Assembly: GCA_015680685.1 (NCBI GenBank)
Contig: MNCI01003467.1
Span: 964,731 to 1,028,730, forward strand
Length of the DNA: 64,000 nt
Reading direction: 5' to 3'
From: Gnetum montanum
Taxonomy: Eukaryota > Plantae > Gnetophyta
Numbering within the stretch: position 1 is the stretch's first letter; each line of letters starts with the position of its first letter. Position numbers and translations under genes: made by a program. Below the pieces are notes generated by a model, which was given only the letters and a program-made list of their open reading frames with translations, was not told the origin of the DNA and did no database searches. Below, piece by piece: positions 27,001-37,463 of the stretch.

Positions 27001-27510
27001 CTAGCTTAGTATAGCTTTTTGATCTCATCATGAACTGCTAGGGCCAAATCAGGTCTAATCTTGTGAATATATTGCTTAAATAGTCTAATGCTAGGATCAA
27101 GCATGATGTTGTGTTGGACTAATCATGGGTCAAGACCTGTCATATCCTCATATGACCAAGAAGACACCTTAATATTATCTTGTAGGACCTTGGTGACGCC
27201 TTGAGACTATTGAGGTTCTAGTGAGGAACTTACTTTTAGGGTTTTCTTCACACCATTGTGTCATGATAGAAACCTTAACTAGAGAGTCTTTAGTGATGTT
27301 GCTAGCCTCTAGGTCAAGGATATTAACTAGGGTTTTAGGCCATTCTAGATGTTTCTCTATTGAGGCTATGTGGTTGAGAAGACTCTCAGCTCAAGATCTA
27401 GACAATCAAGGTTGATACACCATTTAACATCACTGTGAGGCCCACTTAGGTGCAAGGGAAAACTGATCTACTCCTAGGTACTCATACTTTAGTCTTGCAT
27501 GTCAACCATA
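24030..27510 (-). pseudogene. pol: Degenerate Tat/Ogre-like pol: RT, RH, aRH, INT, GPY/F
   Basis: ORF 26688-26957 VVPKKNGSIHICIYFKDLNKTTIKDDFPL...SFMDGFSGYN; ORF 25641-25904 EFDLHYV...MHFDKAS; colinear with 2290-5293 and also retains the integrase core. Confidence 0.92.
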
Positions 27511-30500
27511 AGCACATTAAGTGGCACCTAGATAAAGATTAGTAAACAATGCCAAAATTCTATGATATGATGCAAATACATGCTACTTTAATGCTAAAGA
27601 GACTGTAAATGAGCTCATATGAGGCAATAAAGAAGTATAAAATAAGAAAACCAAATGAAATATATGCCAAAAAAGTCAAATAAAGGTCAAACAAGGTGTA
27701 ATAATGGAATGCATGAGAAATAAGGCCAAATATAGTCAAAAAAGGCTATAATCTTGCCAAGTTTAGGCCTTGGTAGGCCATGGTGCTAGTTTTAGGCCTC
27801 AGTGGGCCATGGTTACATGGTGTCAGATGATGGTCATGGAAGGTCACGCTTCCATCATTCAACACTAACCAAAGGCTAAACAAGGGTTAATAGAGGCTAT
27901 AATAAAGAAAATAAGGTGAATATAGGGAAACTAAAGCCAATTGATGGAAACAAAGATTAATAATGGATTAAAAGGTCAAAAATAAGTTAAAACACCATGA
28001 AATAATGTTAGATTAATGAAAATGGAATGCATGTGGTAAAAATTGGCTAATTCTAGTCAAAAAAGGTTATATTTTGCTAGGTTTAGTCCTTATCAAGGCA
28101 TGGGATTAGGCTTCAAGGTTTCTAGGTAAGATTGGACATTAGAAGAGGTTGTTTGGTGTAAAAAAATCATGGTTTCCAAGGTATCCATGTAGATTTATGC
28201 TAGCTAGCATGGATGGGATTATTCCCAACATGGATGGGACATCTAGGTGGTTACCTAGGATTTTTTTAAGTATTTTTTCATCTCCTAGTGGCTTGTATGG
28301 CTAGTGTAGTGGACTAGGAAGGTATTATCATAATTTTTTCATTAGTTTCAACCCTTGGGAACCCCTATTGAAGCCTAAAAATGCCATCCACACTAGATCC
28401 ATGCTAGGTAGCGTGGCCCCAACATGATTATCAATGAAAATGGATTATGTAAAATCTAGAGGCTCAAAATTGGGATTCTAGAGCCTTCCCAAGGTAAAGC
28501 AAGGCTAGATTTATCAAGATTGGTCATTTTGGAGGTTGAAAATGGCCAAAAAGAAGGTTTAAAAGTTATACCCTCTATATCACTAGCCAACATGGATAGA
28601 AGGGTGCTCAACATGAAGGATCCAGATCTAGACTATAACAAAGTAAAGCAGGGTTGGATTTGTAGATACAACTATGTTTCTATAGTTGTGTAGTCCCAAA
28701 CTAAGTTTTAAGGCCATTTTAAAAGGGTTTTGAGCATGAAATCAAGTTGAAGCTAATACCCACGTTGGGGCCACATTGACCAGCATGGATCCAACATGGA
28801 TGAATGGGGATGCTCTTACTTTTTGGTTTTAGAATGGTTTTGAGACCAAATTAACCAAATTTTCAAGCTTTTAGGGCTCGAAACTATGATCCCTAATGTT
28901 TTTGATCAAATCTTACTATGTTTAAAGGCTATTTAAGGTCATGTATGGTTATCCCCTCCTTTATCCATGCTAGGTGACATTGATCTAGTGTGGATGAGGG
29001 GGATTGGTGTGTTTCAAGGTTAAAAACAAGGTCAAAAAAGTGGAAACTCAAGGTTGTGAGGTTATCAAATTTGCTAAAGCTAGTTTTTAGTGTCTGGGGT
29101 TGTCGATTTGGTGCCAAAGTGGAAAGGTGACTCAACCACACTGGATCCATATTTTCCAACATGGATTAAGCCTCACCTAGTGTGGATACCTTAGGATATC
29201 ATATTTGGGCACGTTTTGGTAGCAAATCAACCATACATGTCATCCATCATGGTTGCCAGTGTTAAGGGCTAGTGTCTAGGGCCAACATTTGGTATTTTTG
29301 AAGGTCCTTAGATGGATTTTGAGGTTACCTTTTAGGATCCATGCTAGCTAGCATGGATATAGTATGGAAGATCCAAGGGGATCAAATTTTGGCTATTTTT
29401 GATTGATTTTGCTAGGTCTGATGGCTTTTGGAGATGGTAACAAGGTTCTAGTATGAGAATGACATAAGTCAAAGTTGTTTGGGTGCATATGTAATTTCCC
29501 ATGAACTTTCCTGGATGCATCCATACTAGATCCATGCTACCCAACATGGATGATGATGGTGGATAGTGTGAAAGTTAAGAAAATCATGAGATGGGATCAG
29601 GTTTGGCAAGTTTTGGCCATCAGAGTCCTCAAGAAGGTTAGCTTGTCAACACAAGTTAATGTCAATGAAAATATTATGAATTTTTTGTCATACCCCTTTC
29701 ATTCACATTGAGGCTTTGCTACCTAGAATGTATAAGGGCCCCCTAGTGTCACTTCTCTTAGATTCAATTTTTTGGTCCCTTTTGGTAAAATTTGATAGGG
29801 CTTCAAAGCCACTACAACTGTAGGGGTCAAGGATCAAGACTTGATGTCAAAATCCACTGGTTTGAAGCCTCCTTTGTACCTTATGCATTTGTCACCATTT
29901 ATCCATGTTGGGTAGTGTGGCCCTAGCATGAATGAGATGGGAATGATAACTTTTTATCATTTCTAATTAATTTTGTATCATTTGAAGGGTTTGGAAGGCT
30001 TCAACAAGTTTGTAAGGTCATTAGGGTGGGTTTTAAGGTTATTTTTGGCTATGAAATAGATTTTTTTTTGCATACCCCAAGGCATCCACACTAGATCCAT
30101 GCTGGGCAATGTGGATGGGGGGTTCACCAATGTGGAGAAGGTTTCATATGTAAAAATTGGCTTAAATCTTGGCAATTGATGACTATTAAAGATCATAGAA
30201 GGGTATCTAGGCTATCTAAGTGCATTTTATGGTTGTTTAAGGCTATGGCAAGTGATTTATGGCATACCCTTAGGGTAACCATGATGGGTAGCATGTATGG
30301 GAGGGTCACTAGCATGGGGAGAGTATATAGATGTAAAATCTTAGTTATTTTTTGCCAATCTATATTACTAGAAGTTGATAAGGGGTGTTAGAGTCAAAAT
30401 ATGGTAACTGCATGGTTGATTTTGATAATTTAAGCTTACCCCAATCATCCATGCTAGGAAACATGGATGAGTTGCACCCCCCTCAGCATGGATTAACTAG

Positions 30501-32200
30501 ACTTAAAATTTTTGGCCACTTCTGACTTAGTTGAATAAGGTTTTGGGGTTTCCAGAGGTAACTATATGAGTTTAAGGCTATTTGGGCCTACTTTTGGATC
30601 AAACTAGGGCTAGGTGGACACTAAAGGATGAATATGCATGTAATACCTCCTTGGGAAATGCTAGGCTAGTGTTTCCCTAGTGTTGATGCTCAAGGTTGCA
30701 AGTTTTATTAAGGTTTGACCCACTTCTAGGATCTAGGGTTCATATATGTTAATGGAAGTTGCTAAAAATGGCAAGGTAGGTAAGGTTCCATGGTCATGAA
30801 GGGTAGGAGATAAGAACCTTCACTAGATCCATGCTACTTAGCATATATCAATGGGGGATAAGCTTAGAAAATGATTGTATTAGTTTCAATGGATCAAAAC
30901 CTTATTGTAGAGTAGGTTTCCAAGTTTATAACCCATCAAACTAGGGAGGCATCTAGCTGGGCCCACTAAAAAATTCAAATTTTTGAATCTAGACATCGAC
31001 TCCCACCTTCCTAGCATGGAGGAACCTTCTCCTCTTTGCACTTCTAGTGTATCATGAGTTCTAAATCTCAAAATTGGCAACAAAAGCATGTAAAGTGATG
31101 CTTAGGTTTAGATCTAGTTTTATTGTCAAATTGTTGCAAAAATCCATCCCACAATGCATTGGAGTAGAGCTAATGAGACACGATTTGCATGAGCTGCGAT
31201 ATCGCATCCCATGCGATATCATGTATGCGATTTCACGTCGTCCCCTGCGATATCATGGTCCACCGCCATATCTATAAATAAGAGGTGGCTCTCCCCTGTT
31301 TATCCATCCTGAGTTAGAAGTAGGAAAACTCTAGCAGTTTGATCACTCCAGAGATAGAATATTTTCCATGTGCCCACAGTAGGAGTCCTAAAGTGAATGG
31401 ATCTTTATTCGAGCAACATTGTACTTGAACACAAGTTGTGTACAACAATAAATATGAGCTTCTTGAATAAACCTTGTAGTGCGTGGAATAGGATTTTATT
31501 TATTTTTTTTCTTTCTCATCCTTAAACTCCTAGAATGTGGTATGAGTACGACTTGATTACAAGCATCTAAGGATGTGTACAAATAGTCAAGGAATCGGCT
31601 ACTCATCGCATACAGTATGAGTACAACTTGATTACGAGCATCTAGTGTGACTATTTGGTAACCCAGTGGTGTATCCAGGATCTACGCCTGGTAATCCTAG
31701 TGGTAGTCCCAGATGTGTACGGTTAGTCAAGGAATATACTGCTCATCGCACGTAGGCTAGATAGATTCTCTCAACTCTTTCCTCCTAGTTAAGTGACTTA
31801 GTACGATCACTTCGAGTACATGTGTTATGGGCAGTGATCCCAGCAACAATTAGTGTTTGGTAGTTGCAGTTGCATTGGTTCAGGGTGTGTACGATAAGTG
31901 GGAATAGATGCTGATGCTAGGTAATTTAGACTTAGTCATTATTTAGAGTTAGTTAGTTTCTCAACCCTTCACCTTGTTAGCATAGGAGACATAAAACATA
32001 AAAAATATAAAAAATCATATACCTCAGACTTACTTAACCATACACCATGACAACTACAAGTAAGTCTAGGAAGAAAACGAATGATTAACCCCAAGTGTTC
32101 CATGGGGCGTGTAGGCACTTGGTCGACAGAGTTCGATTGGATCGTGCATGCTACGCTCGTTTCGTATGGTTGAGTGTAGGGGTACCTTGCCACTCATCAT

Positions 32201-32282
32201 TGGCACCATTGACAGGGACTAAGTATTTATGCGCTAAATAAAACATAAGGATATCACTCATCATTGGCACCGTTGCCAGGGA
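32201..32282 (+). promoter_or_regulatory. Two primer-binding sites complementary to the tRNA-Asp 3' end
   Basis: tggcaccattgacaggga (32201) and tggcaccgttgccaggga (32265) versus canonical TGGCGCCGTTGCCGGGGA; both lie in a 64-bp tandem duplication. Confidence 0.85.
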
Positions 32283-32408
32283 CTAAGTGTTTGTGCACTG
32301 AATAAAACATAAGGATATCACTCACATCATTGGGAGCCTAAAAGAACCTTCAAGTTAATTAAGATAAAAAATTATATAACGGTGAAATTAGCACACCGAT
32401 AAATCAAA

Positions 32409-35400
32409 ATGTCTTCTTCTCACAAGAGCAACTCACCACCTAAGGACCATACACGAGACAGTCAGTAGCATAAAACAAAAAGTTAAAATCAGCCAAGTCC
32501 TAAATAATGCAAGATAGTTTATACTCATCCTGATGAGTATATTCCAAACTTTACCTTTATCCTCCATGAAGATGAATAGCTCCGATGGAGAGATTTGTAA
32601 GGTAACATTGTGTTACCCCTAGATCGATCAGTCTCTCACATGCTTTTCCATGCCTTGGCACATATAGGCATGACTGAATTATATGCTAAATACATTGTGG
32701 AAGAATTTGATATGAGGGATTATCATCCCACAGAAGCACAACGTATGAGGGACTCAAGGTAGGGGTGCGCACATCCTTAGCAAAATAGGAGATGAGGAAG
32801 CCCTTATAACAGGTTCTTTAGCAAATGATGTTCCCCCTCCTAATGATGGTGAGGAGGTAGGGTATCAGAACCTACGATCAACGTTACATAACCATGGTTC
32901 TGATGCCCGTGAACACCAACTGTTCACAGAGGGCACAACCACTCATGCTAAGGATAGACACTTAGATCGTCATCACGATTGAGGCTGGAGTAGTAGAAGG
33001 GAAGATAGGAAACATCATTATGGTGATGGTTCCCATTATTCTTTCCATTCTTCACATCACTCACCCTCTCCTTCCACATATGGGTGTAGCCATCATGAAC
33101 ACAAAGGAGAGGATAAGGGTAGACAAAATGAGAGACCTCGACGGGAAAGTCAAGAGAGAGGACAAGGGCAAGGATGTAGGGAGAGTAGGGAATAATGCAA
33201 AAATCATAGGCATCATGAAAGAGATGATCATGATGAGCCCCTACTCACAACCTAAAGCATGCTTGACATAACAGAGGAAGTTAGGATTCCCACAAGGCAT
33301 TTAAAAGATAGTTGGATCAAACGTTTAGACATGAACAATATCCCATGATTTGAAGGGGGACACAATGTAGATCCACAAAATAATTTACAGGAATTCCATG
33401 ATGCCTGTGCCTTGAAAAATATAGAAAATGAGTGGAAAAAACTTAAGTTGTTCCCAAGGAAACTCATCAAGGAAGCAAAGAGTTGGTACCAGTCCTTGGA
33501 ATCGGAAACCATTAGGAGGTGGAGTACGATGCTAGAACTCTTCAACAATAAGTATCAAATGTACTCTTGAGTGTCTAATTTGTGTAAGTAGATCCAAGGC
33601 TAGAAGCAAGGTACTCATAAACCCTTAGATACTGCCATGGCCCACTACTACACATTGTTACATCGTTGCCTAGGCCATGGGTACACTCAGAGGAATCAAC
33701 TTCGCCACATTGTGGATGGGATAAGGCATGAAACTAGAAGAACCCTTGGGACTTATGCCCAAGGAAGACTTTCATAACTTAGAACCCATGAAGTACATTG
33801 CTTGTTAGAGCAAGTAGCAAAAGAAGAAGGTGAGCTACGAAAAAGGGAAAGTGTCGAAGAATACAACCGTGATCCCTCTCTTCGAAAGAAGGGAGTGAAA
33901 TTTTGTGATGAAGAGGATGAGTCACCAATCGAAGAGTTGGTGAACAGAAAATCCTTGCCAATTCAAAAGCTCATAACAAAAATAGCGACTAAGGTAGATG
34001 ATGTATGGATTTTCTTAGACTCTAAAATTGAAATTGTCTTAAAAATTGTAGGAGACTCTAAGGTAGAACAAAGTAGTGACAAAGGTAACACAAAGTGGAG
34101 AGATTTAGGCCCTGCACATAACAAGGGTAAGGGGAAAATCACTAACTATGATAGGGTTATGGACTCTAACACAAACGATGATGGTGGATGTAAGATCTAC
34201 CACTATGATCATCCTAAGGGATGTTGCCCCATCATTTCACATCTACAGGAGTCTGGGGTGTATGCACTTAATCCAAGACTTAATCAATGGAAAACACCCT
34301 ATAGTTTACCTTATCCCCAAGGTAACCCAAGGTAGTTCCACCAACCATTAACGTATTATCCAAGTGGAACTCCCCCACAACCCATCGGAAAAAATCAATA
34401 GTGGCAATACCCACAGTCATGGGGGATGCCATCGCCGAAACATCAGTACCCTTCCTCGCAGCCTGACCCTTATGGATATTATATGTAGCAGCTAATTTCT
34501 CCAAGTGACTCTATGAGTCACACAACTCCCCACCATCACTACAAAGTTTGGGAGTACTTCAGGAGGACTCCTTCTCCTCCGAGAGACACTTCATACCCAC
34601 ACCATCCTCCAAATCCATCCGCACCTCTTCCACAAGTAGTTCTCATAACACCTCCTACTCCAACAATGCAAGGGGAACTTCCTACTCAACCACAGCAACG
34701 TCATGCTGTGAAAGCTATAAATATTCAACCTGCTGTTGGTTCTGATAACTGTAAAAAGAGAAGACCCTTCTTCAGAACCAAAAGCCTAGACAAACTCTCA
34801 CAACAACAAGTGGTTGGGCCCATGTACACTCCTCCACCATCTAACACTTTCGAGCACCCTCTAGTCCAACAGAGCTTAGCGCATACCGTAACTGACTAGA
34901 TCAAAGTAGGTCACCTTCCCAGGAAACTAAATGATCCTGGAAGCCCCTTAATCTATCTACAAATTGCCAGGAACGAACCACATAGGGATCTTCTTGACTC
35001 AAGTTCTAAAGTCAATTTAATATCATGAGAAATGTACCAATTCTAGAACCTACCCCAACTTAAGAAGAGCAACATTCAACTAGAGTTGGCAAAACAGTCC
35101 ATCACCATTCCCTTGGGATTGGTGGAGGAAATCATTACCATTGTGTGTGGTTGGTCTTACCCAACTGATTTCTTGGTGATTGAAGTAAACAACAACTAAG
35201 GGGACTTCCCAATTATAATGGGAAGGGCATGGATCAGTACAGTAGACGCATGCCTTAGGATCTGTGATCTTTCTTTGGAAATTTTTAAGATAAACATTTA
35301 TGGAAAGATTGAGAAGAGGAAAGTTCCATGCATCACATACAGTGATTCATCAGTTGATGACATGGAGGAAATGCCTCCATGTAACATGTGTGCTCTTGAA

Positions 35401-35600
35401 ACTTTGAAATAAAGAGGCCTGTATGTAGCAACCACATAACTAGTAGTAGACACCCCATGGTTGACAGCTACTTGAAGGAGCAACCAAATATGCATGGAAC
35501 GAATTGAGGAAACCCATGCCCATAACAAAAGCATATACACCTTGGAATATAAGCATCGCCAACTTACATCCCTTAATATAAGATCATTAATTGGGAGAAG
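32409..35600 (+). pseudogene. gag: Degenerate gag-protease
   Basis: KLKLFPRKLIKEAKSWYQSLESETIRRWSTMLELFNNKY (gag core, ~33440-33555); LPRKLNDPGSP*IYLQIA...LLDSSSKVNLIS and FPIIMGRAWISTVDA (Athila-type protease); His/Arg-rich N-terminal part. Confidence 0.85.
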
Positions 35601-37439
35601 TTGGGAACTTCTTAGAAATTTAAATAGGCACTCATTATTTTGGATCTCTCCCTTTCCACTCAGTCATGGGGGAGATGGCCACCTATGCTAATCATATGGG
35701 GCCCTTAGTTCTTTCACGTTTTTGTTTTACAACGTTTTTGTCTTACATATTTTTGTTTTAAAAATTTCTTTAAATTTTCTAGTTTTTATTTTACAACTTT
35801 CTTTAACTTTTCTTCTTTTTGTTTTACAACATCGTTATACTTTTTCCATTGTGTGTGTGTGTGTGATCCATCCTATAAGTTTGTCACCCAATAAGTGTTT
35901 GAAATGATGGTATAAACTATTTTCATATTGATTGCTAATGTTTGGTTTTTACCTTAAGTTATGATGTTGATACTAAGGTATGTTGTTTTGATATGGTAGG
36001 CAATGAGTTCACTTCATCCATCCATCCACAACACTCTATGGTCTCTCTTGGCTTGGAAATGTATAGTCTCCTTCTTAATAAGAACTTTAACGAATCAGTA
36101 ACTGAGAATTTCTCAAACTAAGGAAGGACTCAAGGTTTNAAATCAGTAACTGAGAATTTCTCAAACTAAGGAAGGACTCAAGGTTTAAAAAGGGGGTGAC
36201 TTCAAGGGAACTTGATGCTTTTGTGTTAGCCATTCTCTTAGGTGCTTGGATGTTCTCTTCTTGATTTTTCTCACCATTCTGATGTTACCCAATTATTGGA
36301 AGCTAAGACAATAAAAATAATCAAGTCTTTGCATGGTGTGGTTCTCACGCATAGAAACAAAAAACAAAAAAAAAGTGAGAATTCAAAGCACACCCCTTAG
36401 ACAGAATAAACTTGGGCTACAAGCACTGGTTATGGAACCAAAAGTGTTCCCTCTAACTAAAGCCCTTCTCACTTCCCATTCTCTCCTTTGCTTGTTCGGA
36501 ATGGTGGTAACTCTTGGGGAAGGCATTCTTGTTATCCAAGTGGATGCTTTAGGCGAATGCATTGATGCGAAGTCACTAGATGTGGTTGGTTTGAGGCTGG
36601 AGTTGGAATGAGATTTTCTAAGTGACATTAATCATGAAGCACACAAGGGGCTGTACACCACCTTGTTCTTGGGATTCCATTCCATCCTCTTCTCTCCACC
36701 CTTCTCTCCATTGTTCACCTCATTGCTGGTTGTATCATTAGTGTATATTTTGGTAGATGCATTATTTTCATTTTGGTAAATGCTTGTGGTTAAGACTTTA
36801 ACTCTTGTTCCAAATAACATTCCCAGAGCCTACGGACTCTTTGAATGTGGGGGTTGTCAGGGCATTAAGGGCATGGACCTACTTTGGGGAGGACCCACTG
36901 ACATTCCTATTTGGGGCATTAGTTAAATTATTTTCTTTAACATTTTGCAATTAATTTTATTTTGTTCATTTCCATCTTAAAATCCATTTCATTGATGCCA
37001 TAGTTGTTCTTTTTTATCTATCTTTCTTACTCCTTTCCTTTCTCCATTCTAATGCTACTGGAGGTTCACGATTAGTCATGGGGATACGGGACCCCAAGTT
37101 TTCAATTTTCTCCTAGCCCCAAATTTTTTGATTTTCTTCCTAACCTCTACACCTTTAGTAGTCATCATTAATATATCCCCAGATCCATATTAGCCATACC
37201 ACAACCAAGCCAATGAACCTACGCTGAAGAAAGGTATCAATTACATGATGATTCATTTACCCTTGCTAATATAAGCTTGTGTTATGTGCGCAGATGGAAA
37301 CCATGTGACAACGGACCAGATCTGGAGGGAGCACTTGGAATGAAGCTATGCTGGAAGCAGCTATGCAAGGAGCAAGATCGATGGTGCGCTTATGGATGGA
37401 CAACGAAAGGTGAAATCTTGGTGTTGGCAGCAACAACAC

Positions 37440-37463
37440 TTCTCTCTCTCTCTCTCTCTCTCT
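37440..37463 (+). repeat. (CT)n microsatellite
   Basis: tctctctctctctctctctctct; a similar tract lies at ~59303-59328. Confidence 0.9.

Noticed and set aside
36093-36186. Perfect 46-bp tandem duplication
   Set aside because: The copies are separated by a single N, typical of an unmerged contig overlap.
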